NCBI GenBank assembly: GCA_043745805.1
Contig: JAYTSD010000031.1
Location: forward strand, 64,001-128,000
Origin: Fibrobacteria bacterium
GTDB lineage: Bacteria; Fibrobacterota; Fibrobacteria; UBA11236
DNA length: 64,000 bases
Direction of reading: 5' to 3'
Position numbers and translations under genes: made by a program. Of this stretch, positions 1 through 10,945 are shown piece after piece. Every line of letters begins with the position of its first letter. Within the stretch, counting starts at the first letter, position 1. The notes beneath the pieces are model-generated. The model was not told the origin of the DNA. It was given only the letters and a program-made list of their open reading frames with translations, and did not search any database.

Positions 1-1167
1 GCTAAAATTTATGCGGGTTTGATTGAACATTGTTTTCAAGTCGCTAATGGTCGCGATATAAAAATTCAATTTCGTCGTATGCAACAGGCTACACCGAATG
101 GCGCAGGTATAAGCTTTACCCAAATGCCCATTATCGAATTGAATCCCAGCTATACTTTTAACGAATTTGTAGTCGGAAGTAATTCTCAATTCGCCTATAG
201 TGCTGCCCTTGCAGTAGCAAAAGAACCTGGTGGCACTAAGTTCAATCCGCTGTTAATTTATGGCGGTGTAGGCTTAGGTAAAACGCATTTATTACAGGCA
301 ATTGGCAATCATGTCATTGCAGAAAATCCTCGCAAAAAAATTCGCTATATCACTTCCGAAGCTTTTTACCGTGAGTTTGTAGAATCTATTCAGCATAATC
401 GTATCAATGAGCTTTCTAATTATTATCGACAAGAAGTGGATTTGCTATTAATGGATGATGTGCAATTCTTAAGCGGTAAGGATAGAACGCAAGAAGAATT
501 TTTCCATATTTTTAATTCCTTACATCAAAGCCGCAAACAAATTGTGTTAACTTCCGACAGCCCTCCCGGTGATTTAAATGGCCTCGAGGACCGCTTGATT
601 AGTCGTTTCCAATGGGGTTTATGTGTGGACATTCAATCGCCTGATCGCGAAACGCGCGAAGCGATTTTAATTCGTAAAGCACAAGCCATGAATCTCGATA
701 TTGATGAAGATATTATATCCTATTTAGCGGAAGCCATTGATTCCAATATTCGTATTCTCGAAGGTGCCGTACGCCAATTATTGTTACAGGCCTCGATTAA
801 GCATAGCGATATTACCATGGAGCTAGCACAAGAAATTGTTAATCGTACTAGTTCTAATCGAATTCCGCGAAAAGTAACTCCCGAAGATATTACCACGGTA
901 GTGGCAAATTATTTTACGGTAGAAGTAGACAAAATTTTGGAACAAGGACGTGGCACTAAAGAAGTGGCGCAAGCTCGCCAACTCGCTATGTTTTTAATGA
1001 AGGAATTGACTTCGGCATCGCTCAAAACCATTGGGCAACGCTTTGGTGGTCGTGATCATAGCACGGTGGTGCATGCGATTAAAACCATTGAAAAGGCTAT
1101 GGAAAGCGATGGGTCTTTTAAGAAAAGCGTCGATGCGGTTTTGTCGAAGTTGAATAAGAAGAGTTAG
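1..1167 (+). CDS. dnaA: Chromosomal replication initiator DnaA, 5'-truncated by the window edge
   Basis: YTFNEFVVG, FNPLLIYGGVGLGKTHLL (Walker A), LLLMDDVQFL (Walker B), RLISRFQWGL, IGQRFGGRDHSTVVHA; frame is open from base 1. Confidence 0.97.
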   Translation, partial: AKIYAGLIEHCFQVANGRDIKIQFRRMQQATPNGAGISFTQMPIIELNPSYTFNEFVVGSNSQFAYSAALAVAKEPGGTKFNPLLIYGGVGLGKTHLLQAIGNHVIAENPRKKIRYITSEAFYREFVESIQHNRINELSNYYRQEVDLLLMDDVQFLSGKDRTQEEFFHIFNSLHQSRKQIVLTSDSPPGDLNGLEDRLISRFQWGLCVDIQSPDRETREAILIRKAQAMNLDIDEDIISYLAEAIDSNIRILEGAVRQLLLQASIKHSDITMELAQEIVNRTSSNRIPRKVTPEDITTVVANYFTVEVDKILEQGRGTKEVAQARQLAMFLMKELTSASLKTIGQRFGGRDHSTVVHAIKTIEKAMESDGSFKKSVDAVLSKLNKKS

Positions 1168-1195
1168 TTTAAAAAGTTTTCATAGAGCCTTCCGT

Positions 1196-2517
1196 GAGGG
1201 TGTACTGAAGTTTGTGTAAATGGTCCAAGGCTATAAAGCTAATTTTTTCCATGAAAGGGAAATAATGACCATTAAAAATGAAATTCTCGACGAAATCCTA
1301 AAAGACTATACCAAGCCTGAAGACATGTTCGGAGCAAACGGTATACTTAAGCAGTTAACCAAATCACTTTTAGAGCGCGCTTTACAGGGCGAAATGACCC
1401 ATCATCTTGGTTATTCCAAACATGCTCCAGAAGGCAAGCATACAGGTAATAGTAGAAACGGGAAGTCAAAGAAAACTCTCCAAAGTGATATGGGTGAATT
1501 TCCTGTAGATATTCCTCGTGACCGCAATAGCACTTTTGAACCGGTGATAGTTCAGAAGGGGCAAACCCGCTTTAACGGTTTTGACGATAAGATAATTTCT
1601 CTTTATTCCAGAGGTCTTACCACTCGAGAAATCCAAGGGCATTTACAAGAAATATATGGGGTAGAAATTTCTCCCTCACTCATTTCGACAGTAACAGATG
1701 AGGTACTGGAAGAAGTAAGGGAATGGCAGAATCGACCATTAGATAGAATGTACCCTATCCTCTATCTGGACGCTATCCGAGTGAAATGCAAAGAAGATGG
1801 GCGAGTAATAAACAAGGCTGTTTACTTAGCTATTGGAGTGACCATGCAGGGCCATAAGGAAGTTTTGGGGATTTGGGCCTCTGCGAATGAAGGAGCGAAA
1901 TTCTGGTTATCCGTAATAAACGAATTAAAGGTCCGAGGCGTAGAAGATATATTAATAGCTTGTGTGGATGGTCTCAAAGGCTTTCCTGAAGCCATTGAAA
2001 GCGTATTCCCACAAACTCAAGTGCAGCTTTGTATTGTACACATGATTCGGAATTCGCTGGCGTTTGTATCATACAAGGAACGTAAGGAATTGGTAAAAGA
2101 CCTCAAGAGAATATATCAGGCACTGACGGCGAAAGAGGCAGAGTCAGCCTTGGGAGACTTCGAGAAGAAATGGAATAATCGCTATCCCATGATTGCTAAA
2201 AGCTGGAGAGAACGGTGGGCAAACATAATCCCATTTTTTGCTTTTCCAGCGGATATCCGCAAGGCAATTTATACAACTAATGCTATTGAGTCTTTGAATA
2301 TGTCTTTACGCAAGATAATCAAGAACCGCAGTCTGTTTCCAAATGAAGATGCAATGATGAAGTTACTCTATTTAGCCTTGAGGAACATAAAGAAAAAGTG
2401 GACTATGCCGATTCGAGATTGGGGACGTGCTGTAAATCAGTTCGCGATTGTATTTGAAAACAGAGTAACACTAAACTAAGTTGTGATTTCCATTTACACA
2501 AAATGCATGATACCCTC
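1196..2517 (+). mobile_element. IS256-family insertion sequence
   Basis: 28-bp terminal inverted repeats: gagggtgtactgaagtttgtgtaaatgg (1196-1223) vs reverse complement of 2490-2517 (gagggtatcatgcattttgtgtaaatgg), 23/28 identical, enclosing one transposase; no target duplication in the flanks. Confidence 0.92.
1265..2479 (+). CDS. IS256-family (Mutator-type DDE) transposase
   Basis: SRNG..K, IPRDRNSTFEP, LYLDAI, DGLKGF, QLCIVHMIRN, IYTTNAIES; likely start ATG 1265 after RBS aaggga (ORF track starts at 1220). Confidence 0.95.
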   Translation: MTIKNEILDEILKDYTKPEDMFGANGILKQLTKSLLERALQGEMTHHLGYSKHAPEGKHTGNSRNGKSKKTLQSDMGEFPVDIPRDRNSTFEPVIVQKGQTRFNGFDDKIISLYSRGLTTREIQGHLQEIYGVEISPSLISTVTDEVLEEVREWQNRPLDRMYPILYLDAIRVKCKEDGRVINKAVYLAIGVTMQGHKEVLGIWASANEGAKFWLSVINELKVRGVEDILIACVDGLKGFPEAIESVFPQTQVQLCIVHMIRNSLAFVSYKERKELVKDLKRIYQALTAKEAESALGDFEKKWNNRYPMIAKSWRERWANIIPFFAFPADIRKAIYTTNAIESLNMSLRKIIKNRSLFPNEDAMMKLLYLALRNIKKKWTMPIRDWGRAVNQFAIVFENRVTLN

Positions 2518-2568
2518 GGCTTAACAAAGAATAAACCCAGAAGTTACCCTCTAGGCTTCACATTTAAA

Positions 2569-4377
2569 TTAATTCTTAGCGCGTTTGCGCAAGCCTGCAT
2601 CCAAAATCACTTTACGTAAGCGCAAGTTTTTAGGAGTAATTTCCAAGCATTCATCATCATTGATAAATTCCAAGCATTCTTCCAAAGACATTTGTTTATG
2701 CGGAGTTAAAATCACAGCTTCATCGGAAGACGTGGTACGCATATTGGTTAAGGCTTTTTCTTTATTCACATTGATGATCATTTCTTCGCTGCGATTACAT
2801 TCGCCCACAATCATACCCGGATAAACATCGGTTTGAGGACCAATAAACATGGTGCCGCGTTCTTCGAGCTTCCACAAGGCAAAAGCCACCGACACACCAC
2901 GCTCCAAGGAGATGAGTGCGCCTAAGAGTCTTTGTTCGATTTTGCCTTTCATCGGCTCATAGCCTTTGAACAATTGTTGGAAAACCGCATAACCTTTGCT
3001 CAAAGAAAGCAATTTGCTACGCAAACCAATTAGGCCACGTGCAGGCATATCATAGACCAAACGGATTTGACCATTTTCTAGGGCCATATCTTTCATATCG
3101 CCTTTGCGCTTGTTGATTTCTTCAATCACCAAACCTGAGCTACCTTCGGGAACGTCGACAGTAATGGTTTCTACCGGTTCCATAGTTACGCCATCTTCTT
3201 CATGGGTAATAACGCGAGGACGGCCTACAGTAAATTCGTAACCTTCACGGCGCATTTTTTCGATGAGCACGGAAAGATGTAATACACCGCGGCCGGAAAC
3301 TAAATAGGAACCCGATTCAGGAGCTTTTCCTACTCGTAAGGCCACATCGCCCACGGCTTCACGATCTAAGCGTTCCGCTAAATGATTGGATGTTAAAAAG
3401 CGTCCGCCATCTTGGCCACAAAAAGGGGAATCATTCACCCAAAAACGCATAGCGATAGTCGGTGGATCCACATGAATGCGGGTTAAAGCGACCGGGGTTT
3501 CTTCGCCCGTTAATGTGTCCCCAATGGTGAAATCAGGAATACCGCAAAGCGAAATAATTTGTCCCGCAATAGCTTCTGGAATTTCTTTCATCTTTACGCC
3601 GTCGGGATAAAGAATTTTGGTGATACGGACCTTTTTAAGTTGCCCCTCGGCGTTGATATGCGTAATAGTCTGATTGGTTTTTAATGAACCTTGACGCAAA
3701 CGACCTACTGCCATTCGTCCCAAAAATTCTTGATAGTCCAAACTGGTCACTTGCATAATTGGGTCAGGCGAGGTTCCTACAGTAGGTGCAGGAATACTAT
3801 TGACAATCATTTCAAACATCGGCGCAAAGTTTGAATCTTCATCGGTAATTTCGCGGCGGCAAGTTCCGGCACGAGCACAAGCAAAAATATGCGCGAAGTC
3901 TAATTGTTCCGGGGAAGCATTGAGATCCACAAATAAGTCAAAAACTTTATCCAATGCTTTATGCGGTTCGCAACCGGCACGGTCGATTTTATTAATCACC
4001 ACAATAAGCCGTAGGCCCAATTCCAGAGCTTTTTTGGTCACAAAGCGCGTTTGCGCCATAGGACCTTCAAAGGCATCGACAATTAATAAGGCGCCATCTA
4101 CTGTACCTAATACGCGTTCTACCTGGCCACCAAAATCAGCATGCCCAGGAGTATCTACGATATTAATCAAAAAATCTTTATATACTACGGAAGCGTTTTT
4201 AGAGAGAATGGTAATTCCTCTTTCACGTTCCTGATCATTGGAATCCATGACGCGTTCAGTAACGACTTGGCCAGTGCGAAAAGCACCGCTTTGTTTAAGG
4301 AGACCGTCCACCAAAGTGGTTTTGCCATGATCAACGTGAGCGATGATAGCGATGTTACGTATTTGAGAACTGTTCAT
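2569..4377 (-). CDS. typA: Translational GTPase TypA/BipA
   Basis: [57 protein letters not shown]-terminal [11 protein letters not shown]. Confidence 0.97.
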   Translation of the reverse strand: MNSSQIRNIAIIAHVDHGKTTLVDGLLKQSGAFRTGQVVTERVMDSNDQERERGITILSKNASVVYKDFLINIVDTPGHADFGGQVERVLGTVDGALLIVDAFEGPMAQTRFVTKKALELGLRLIVVINKIDRAGCEPHKALDKVFDLFVDLNASPEQLDFAHIFACARAGTCRREITDEDSNFAPMFEMIVNSIPAPTVGTSPDPIMQVTSLDYQEFLGRMAVGRLRQGSLKTNQTITHINAEGQLKKVRITKILYPDGVKMKEIPEAIAGQIISLCGIPDFTIGDTLTGEETPVALTRIHVDPPTIAMRFWVNDSPFCGQDGGRFLTSNHLAERLDREAVGDVALRVGKAPESGSYLVSGRGVLHLSVLIEKMRREGYEFTVGRPRVITHEEDGVTMEPVETITVDVPEGSSGLVIEEINKRKGDMKDMALENGQIRLVYDMPARGLIGLRSKLLSLSKGYAVFQQLFKGYEPMKGKIEQRLLGALISLERGVSVAFALWKLEERGTMFIGPQTDVYPGMIVGECNRSEEMIINVNKEKALTNMRTTSSDEAVILTPHKQMSLEECLEFINDDECLEITPKNLRLRKVILDAGLRKRAKN

Positions 4378-4566
4378 AGGATGCCATTTACATTGAGGAT
4401 TACTTCATATAAGCGAGGCAAATATGCTCTGAAATAGGGGGGTTTGTCAACCTAATCCTTGTTTCAATAGTATTTAGGTCTTTGTTGTAGCCGGAAATAA
4501 TTAATTTTACCCCTAATAAAATCCTTAACTAGTAAAATCACTAGAAAATCTGAACTGGGACTTGGC

Positions 4567-7500
4567 ATGTATTTATCGAAGTTACGCATTTTTGGGTTCA
4601 AGTCCTTTGCCAATAAAGTGGAAGTGAATTTTCCTGGGGAAGGTATTACTTCGGTAGTAGGACCTAATGGTTGCGGCAAAAGCAATATCATCGATGCCAT
4701 TCGCTGGGTACTCGGTGAGCAAAAGGCAAAGGCTTTGCGCTCTACCAAAATGGAAGATGTGATTTTTTCGGGCACAGCGGAAAAGCAAGCTTTGAATTTG
4801 GCGGAAGTATCGCTCATCATTAATAATGATAAAGGCTTATTGCCGAGTGAATATGCGCAAGTGATGATAACGCGACGCGCCTATCGCAATGGCGACTCCG
4901 AATACTTACTTAATAATCAGCCCTGTCGTCTCAAAGACATTCACAATTTGTTTTATGATACCGGCATGGGTGCGGCTTCGTATTCGCTGATTGAAGCGAA
5001 AATGATCGACAGTATTTTAAGTGATAAGGCGGAAGAACGTCGGGTGATGTTTGAAGAAGCGTCGGGTATTTCGAAGTATAAACAGCAGCGTAAGGAAACT
5101 CTGCGTCAATTAGAACGTACCGCTTTGGATATGACGCGCGTGGAAGATAATTTGCGCCACATTCAGCAAAATGTGAATATGTTTGAAAAGCAAGCCAAGC
5201 GTGCGGAGAAATGGCGTGATTTAAAAAAGGCGTCTACGGTTTTGGAATTGACTTTCCAATTTGATGCCTATCATGATTTTAAAGGCAAGCATTTGCAATT
5301 CAAAAGCGATTGGGAAAATAGTCAACAGCGCGTGCAAACTTTACAAAATCAAATGGTTACTTTCGAAACCCACTTGGAAGAACGTAAATTATTAATTCTT
5401 AGCGAAGAACAAGCTTTGCAAACTTTGAACATCGCAGTATCGGCGGCGCAAGCCGAACTTATGCAAAATGAAAATGAATTTAAACGCGTGCAAGATAAGC
5501 GCGAGCATGTAGCCGAAGGTTTGGCGCGTTTAGAAAATGAATTGCAACAAATTGCACAACGCTTAAAAGAAATTGATTTGCAAAAAATTCAAGCGCAAAT
5601 GGAAAAAGAAAAATTAGCGCAAGATAGAGATCGCTTAAATGAAATAGCCACCGATCAAGGGGAAGCTCGTCAACGTGTGCATACCGCTTATCAAGATAAA
5701 CGCCGCAATGCCGATGAATTGTCGGAACAGCGTGTGTCCATGCTCGAAGATTTATCCTCACTGCGCAATAAAGTGAGCAAGGGTAATTCGGAATTACAAC
5801 ATTTACAAGCGAGTGAAGAAGAGTTGGAAAATAGTTTTGCCATGGCTGAGCAAAAACAAAGTGCTTATGCGGCAGATCAATCGCTATTGCAAACCCAATG
5901 GGAAAAGGCGGAAAAGGCCTTACGCGAAATTGGTGAAGCCTTGCGTATTAGTAGCGATCGCTTAAAAGAACTTTCCCAAGAAAAAGAAGCATTGCGTTTA
6001 AAATCGCGGGAAAAAGAAAGAGAAAAAGTTGCGGCGCAAACTCAATTCAAGTTATTGAAAGGTTTGGAAGAAAGTCATGAAGGCGTGGATGGCGGCGCTC
6101 AATATTTATTAAAAAACCAAAACGATAAAATTAAAAGTTTATTGGCCGATGCTTTAAAAGTTCCCGAGGCTTCCATTGCGGCGGTGGAAAAATGTTTAGG
6201 GCGTTTTTTACAAGCGCTATGGGTGGAAAATCCCGAATCGGCTGCGGCCTTGTTAGATGAGCTCCGCCAAGGAGAAAAAGGCGAAGCGGCTATATTCACA
6301 GCTCGTGGTGACTTCAAACGCATTCGTCCGGATTGGAAAGGGAAAGCTGGCTTTCAAAGTTGGCTAATCGATTCCATTGATTGCGAAGCGAATTTAAAAC
6401 CGTTACTAGAATTATTGCTAGGACATGTGGCGCAAGTTACTTCGTTTACGGAGGGACAAAATTTAATTGCGGCGGCAAAAGACCAAGATTTATGGTGCAT
6501 TGCACCCGATGGCGAAATGTTACATGCATGTGGACTTAGTTTGGGTGGCAAGGGCAAACATAGCCAAGGCGGCTTATTACAACGCAAGGCACAATTGCAA
6601 CAATTAGGCGGACAAATTCAAGTTTTGGAAACCGATTTGTTACGTATTCAAAGTGATTTTGAAAAATGCGAAGAGGAAAGCAAAAGCTTACAACTCGAAA
6701 CCGAAAGTTTATTGATTGGCCAAAAGGCTAATGAAAAATTAGGGCAAGAGGCGAAGAGTAAATTATCTCTCTTGCAAAATATGTTGAACTCCGCTGGCAG
6801 TGAACGCGAACAAGCCGAAGTGAAATTAAAATGGGTGCGTGAACGCTTATCAGAATTGCAAAGTCAAAATGAAAGTTTAAGCGAGCAACTCGAAGAAAGC
6901 GAAGAAGTGCGTACCGTGCTGGAAAATCAGTTCCGTCAGGCCTTGGAAGCGGTGCATGCGGCGGAAGAAGAGAAGGCGCAATTCGAAGATCAAATTCGTC
7001 ACTTAGAAAAAAATCGATCCGAAAATGAAGCACAATCACGTAGCTTGGTAGGACGTGCCGAATATTTAGAGCGCTCCGAAAAAGAACAGCATGGTTTAAT
7101 TGAAAAACATAAAGCTCAAAACCAAGAATGGACCGATCAAATTGCCGGCCTCGAAGAAAAGAAAACCGAGTGGACGGATAAAATTGAAGTGGGCTTTGAA
7201 AAATTAGGCGCAGTAGAAAAACAGCGCGATATAGCCAAAGCGGATTACGATGAAAAGGCCTCCGTACTCGAAGAGTTACGTATGCAAATGCGCCATACGC
7301 AAGAAGAAATGCGCGAGCTCACGGCAGGTATTCACAATTCCGAATTGAAAATGCAACAGGCTAAAGCCGCTATGGCCGGCATTCGCGAGAGAATGTTTGA
7401 ATGGCATGAAGTAGATTTTGAAAATGAAGAATTAAACTTAGAGCGGGTGGAATATAATATTGAAACGGTAGATGAAGATATTCGCAGCCTTAAAGAAAAA

Positions 7501-8124
7501 TTAAAAAACTTGGGCAATATTAATACCGGTGCGTTGGAAGAGTATGAAACCGAGAAGTTACGTCTCGACGAAGTGCAAAAACAATTTCAAGATTTAGAAA
7601 ATGCGCGTTTAGGTTTAGAAAAAGCCATTAAACGTTTGGATAAAGTAGCGCGTGAACAATTCCTAAAAACCTTTGCCACCGTGCAGGCAAATTTTCAAGA
7701 AGTGTTTTCCAGTTTATTTGAAGGTGGGGAAGCCCAACTTAATTTGGAAGAAAGCGAAGATCCTTTAGATGCGAAAATCGAAATCAATGCACGTCCTACG
7801 GGTAAAAAAATGCGCGGTGTGGCTTTACTTTCGGGTGGCGAACGCGCACTAACGGCTATCTCATTATTGTTCGCTTTATATTTAGTGCGTCCTTCACCTT
7901 ATTGTATTATGGATGAAGTCGATGGTCCTTTGGATGATGCGAATATTGGTCGCTTTGTGAATTTGTTACGTCGCTTTAGCCATCAAACCCAATTCATTGT
8001 GGTGACGCATAATAAACGTACCATGGCGGCTTCCGATATGCTTTATGGTGTAACGCAAGAGATTAAGGGTATTTCCAAATTAGTTAGCGTGCAATTAGAT
8101 GAGGCGAGTCGTATTGCGGCATAG
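4567..8124 (+). CDS. smc: Chromosome segregation protein SMC
   Basis: GFKSF, Walker A GPNGCGKSN, long coiled coils around a central hinge, signature LSGGE, Walker B IMDEVD, QFIVVTH; 1185 aa. Confidence 0.97.
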   Translation: MYLSKLRIFGFKSFANKVEVNFPGEGITSVVGPNGCGKSNIIDAIRWVLGEQKAKALRSTKMEDVIFSGTAEKQALNLAEVSLIINNDKGLLPSEYAQVMITRRAYRNGDSEYLLNNQPCRLKDIHNLFYDTGMGAASYSLIEAKMIDSILSDKAEERRVMFEEASGISKYKQQRKETLRQLERTALDMTRVEDNLRHIQQNVNMFEKQAKRAEKWRDLKKASTVLELTFQFDAYHDFKGKHLQFKSDWENSQQRVQTLQNQMVTFETHLEERKLLILSEEQALQTLNIAVSAAQAELMQNENEFKRVQDKREHVAEGLARLENELQQIAQRLKEIDLQKIQAQMEKEKLAQDRDRLNEIATDQGEARQRVHTAYQDKRRNADELSEQRVSMLEDLSSLRNKVSKGNSELQHLQASEEELENSFAMAEQKQSAYAADQSLLQTQWEKAEKALREIGEALRISSDRLKELSQEKEALRLKSREKEREKVAAQTQFKLLKGLEESHEGVDGGAQYLLKNQNDKIKSLLADALKVPEASIAAVEKCLGRFLQALWVENPESAAALLDELRQGEKGEAAIFTARGDFKRIRPDWKGKAGFQSWLIDSIDCEANLKPLLELLLGHVAQVTSFTEGQNLIAAAKDQDLWCIAPDGEMLHACGLSLGGKGKHSQGGLLQRKAQLQQLGGQIQVLETDLLRIQSDFEKCEEESKSLQLETESLLIGQKANEKLGQEAKSKLSLLQNMLNSAGSEREQAEVKLKWVRERLSELQSQNESLSEQLEESEEVRTVLENQFRQALEAVHAAEEEKAQFEDQIRHLEKNRSENEAQSRSLVGRAEYLERSEKEQHGLIEKHKAQNQEWTDQIAGLEEKKTEWTDKIEVGFEKLGAVEKQRDIAKADYDEKASVLEELRMQMRHTQEEMRELTAGIHNSELKMQQAKAAMAGIRERMFEWHEVDFENEELNLERVEYNIETVDEDIRSLKEKLKNLGNINTGALEEYETEKLRLDEVQKQFQDLENARLGLEKAIKRLDKVAREQFLKTFATVQANFQEVFSSLFEGGEAQLNLEESEDPLDAKIEINARPTGKKMRGVALLSGGERALTAISLLFALYLVRPSPYCIMDEVDGPLDDANIGRFVNLLRRFSHQTQFIVVTHNKRTMAASDMLYGVTQEIKGISKLVSVQLDEASRIAA

Positions 8125-8162
8125 CTTTATATTCGCAGCATGTTAAAATCAGGGCTGAATAA

Positions 8163-9488
8163 ATGCAATGGCTGATCTTTTGGTTTAATCGACTTTCGCG
8201 GGCTCACGCGGAGGATAGGCTTCGTGGCATTTGGTTTAAGGAAGAAGCTCGAGCAGAGCGTTCGGCCAACTTAATCCGTATTACCTATATACTCGTTTGG
8301 ATACTCTCCACTTCACTACACATTCCGACTAATAATTTTGGTACTAATGTGGTTAATGTTGGGGGAGGGTTTGTATGGCTATTAATTGCCTGCCTATACC
8401 AAATTTATTTGTATTACAATCCTTATAAACCGGCGTTTAAATACTTGTCCACAACTTGTGATATGTGCGTTATTACGGCCATGTTGTTTTTTTATCAATT
8501 TAGTTTTGGCTATTCTTTTGCTTTGAAAACACCCACTTTTTACAGTTACTTCTGTTGTTTAGGTTTGGCTGCTTTGCGCTATAAACGTGGCTTAGCGGTC
8601 TATGGTGGTTTGCTTGCTTCCACGCTATATGCTTTGTTGGTCCTGTATTTGTATCGTTTTGCCGGCATGGAGTTCGGTACCAATATTGAACATGTTACTA
8701 CTCCCAAGGTTTGCTTTTTATACATCGCCTATAATGTGGTATACCTCTTTATTTTTTCTATGCTCACTTATATTTTAATATTCAATGTTAAGCGTTTAGT
8801 AATCATACGCGTCAAGGAATCCGAAACAGCTCTGAAAGCAAAAGAGCGAGCCTTGATTGCAGCGAACGTGGCGCATGAAATTAAAAATCCCTTAGAAGGC
8901 ATTTACGGTGCAGCGCAATTACTTAAAGAAGAACAATTAGGCAATCCAAAATTTATTGATATGATTTTAAAAGATGCTCGGCGCTTGAATGGGGTAGTAC
9001 ATCAATTTTTACAGTTCTCGCGACCCTTTAAAACCGAAATGCAAGATTTCGATATTATTCGTTTCACTTCTCAATTTTGCGAAGAACAAAATGAATTAGG
9101 GGAAGTAAAATTAGTCTCGAATTTACCAGAAGGAAAATTAATGGCCTGTGCCGATCCGACCGGTGTAGAACAAATACTATTAAATCTTTCACAAAATGCG
9201 AAACGCTACCAACAAATGGGAATGCCGATACAAATAAAAGCGGATCAAGAAGCGGGCTACATTCAAATTGCGGTGGAAGATGATGGAGAAGGCGTAGCGC
9301 CGGAAAATTATGAAAAAATTTTCGATCCCTTTTTTACTACCTCCAATAAAGGCACTGGACTTGGCTTAGCCATCTCTCGTAAAATCGCCCAAGAAATGGG
9401 CGGCGACTTAATTTACACCCCTAAGAATCCCGGTTCACGCTTTACCTTACTTTTAAAGACCGTAACTGGAGAGTCACATGTCAATTGA
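8163..9488 (+). CDS. Multi-pass membrane sensor histidine kinase
   Basis: Several hydrophobic segments, H-box AHEIKNPL, N-box QILLNLSQNA, DDGEG, FDPFFTT, GTGLGL. Confidence 0.93.
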   Translation: MQWLIFWFNRLSRAHAEDRLRGIWFKEEARAERSANLIRITYILVWILSTSLHIPTNNFGTNVVNVGGGFVWLLIACLYQIYLYYNPYKPAFKYLSTTCDMCVITAMLFFYQFSFGYSFALKTPTFYSYFCCLGLAALRYKRGLAVYGGLLASTLYALLVLYLYRFAGMEFGTNIEHVTTPKVCFLYIAYNVVYLFIFSMLTYILIFNVKRLVIIRVKESETALKAKERALIAANVAHEIKNPLEGIYGAAQLLKEEQLGNPKFIDMILKDARRLNGVVHQFLQFSRPFKTEMQDFDIIRFTSQFCEEQNELGEVKLVSNLPEGKLMACADPTGVEQILLNLSQNAKRYQQMGMPIQIKADQEAGYIQIAVEDDGEGVAPENYEKIFDPFFTTSNKGTGLGLAISRKIAQEMGGDLIYTPKNPGSRFTLLLKTVTGESHVN

Positions 9489-10833
9489 ATCCACTAAAAC
9501 TTCTGCCTCTTCCCTTCCCAAGGGTCGCTTTTTAATTGTAGATGACGAAGAAAACATTCGTGAAATTTTAGAAGCGACTTTAAAGCCTTTATCCTTAGCC
9601 ATATTCAAGGCTGAGTCGGCGGAACAAGGTTTAGAAATCATCCGCGAAGAAAATTTGGATTTAGTGATTTGCGATATTCAAATGTCGGGCATGAATGGTT
9701 TAGAGTTTTTAAAAAAAGTAAAACAAGAACAACCAGCGATTAAATTTTTAATGATCACCGCGCATGGGACCATGGACACTGCCGTACAGGCCATGCGTTA
9801 TGGTGCTTCGGATTTTTTAACCAAGCCCTTTGAAAATGAAGCCATACGCCAAATCGCGCGTAATCTTTTAAGCGGTGGCATTGCTCCTATTGATACGCAA
9901 GTCATAACCAAAACGGTGGCTGCATTTGGAAATATGGTAGGCGAAAGCCAAGGCTTTATGGCTTGCATAGAAAAGGCGCGTAAAGCGGGTCAAAGTGATT
10001 CTACCGTGCTAGTGAATGGCGAAAGTGGAACCGGTAAAGAAGTGATGGCGCAAGCCATTCATCAGCATAGCCCACGTTCGGCAAAACCATTTATAGCTGT
10101 TAATTGCGGAGCCATTCCCGAAAATTTAATTGAGAGTGAATTATTCGGTCATGAAAAAGGTGCTTTCACGGGAGCCATTTCTTCTAAGCCGGGCAAATTT
10201 GCTTTAGCGCATGGCGGCACTTTATTCTTGGATGAAATAGGGGAAATGCCTTTGCCCATGCAAGTTAAATTGTTGCGGGTATTGCAAGAAAAAACCATTG
10301 ATCCAGTTGGTGGCTTACATCCGCAAAAAGTGGATTTTCGTTTGATTGCCGCCACCAATAAAAATCTAAAAGAAGAGGTGGCCAAGGGCCGCTTTCGCGA
10401 AGACTTATTTTATCGTCTCAATATTATTCCTATTGAACTACCTCCTTTACGCGAGCGACGCAAAGATATTTTAGTATTAGCGCGCCATTTTTTACTGTAT
10501 TTCAATCAACGCTATAGTTGCCAATATGTATTATCGACGGAAAATGAAGCCGCTTTACAAGAGTATACTTGGCCAGGCAATATACGTGAACTCGCAAATG
10601 TGATGGAAAGAGCTGTAGTATTGGCTTCGGGCGAGGTATTACATTTTCAATGGGAAGAAAATCAAGCACCCGAAAAAAAATCCATGCTTAAAGAAAAAAG
10701 ACAAAGTGTGGAACGCGAGAGTATTCTTCAGGCCTTAGATAAATACCGTTGGAATAAAACGCAAACTGCCGAAGCTTTAGGCATTAGTCGCCGTTCGCTT
10801 TTGTATAAGATTAAAGAGTTTGGTATCGCGTAA
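9478..10833 (+). CDS. Sigma54-dependent response regulator (NtrC/AtoC family)
   Basis: Receiver domain (IVDDE, DIQM, KPF), GESGTGKE, ESELFGHEKGAFTGA, WPGNIREL, Fis-type HTH; overlaps the kinase stop. Confidence 0.96.
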   Translation: MSIESTKTSASSLPKGRFLIVDDEENIREILEATLKPLSLAIFKAESAEQGLEIIREENLDLVICDIQMSGMNGLEFLKKVKQEQPAIKFLMITAHGTMDTAVQAMRYGASDFLTKPFENEAIRQIARNLLSGGIAPIDTQVITKTVAAFGNMVGESQGFMACIEKARKAGQSDSTVLVNGESGTGKEVMAQAIHQHSPRSAKPFIAVNCGAIPENLIESELFGHEKGAFTGAISSKPGKFALAHGGTLFLDEIGEMPLPMQVKLLRVLQEKTIDPVGGLHPQKVDFRLIAATNKNLKEEVAKGRFREDLFYRLNIIPIELPPLRERRKDILVLARHFLLYFNQRYSCQYVLSTENEAALQEYTWPGNIRELANVMERAVVLASGEVLHFQWEENQAPEKKSMLKEKRQSVERESILQALDKYRWNKTQTAEALGISRRSLLYKIKEFGIA

Positions 10834-10875
10834 ATTATGCATTGCGGCTTCCGTAACTTTTAAGTAAGGTCTTTG

Positions 10876-10910
10876 CAAAGTTACTCCCTCAGGGGCAGAG
10901 GGTAACTTTG
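10876..10910. terminator. Inverted repeat between convergent genes, probable terminator
   Basis: caaagttac (10876-84) / gtaactttg (10902-10) with a GC-rich interior. Confidence 0.5.
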
Positions 10911-10945
10911 GGTTCCGTTGCGTTGGGTATTTTTAAGGGCTATTT

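Noticed and set aside
1168-1195. oriC downstream of dnaA
   Set aside because: No TTATCCACA-like box cluster seen; the region upstream of dnaA is outside the window
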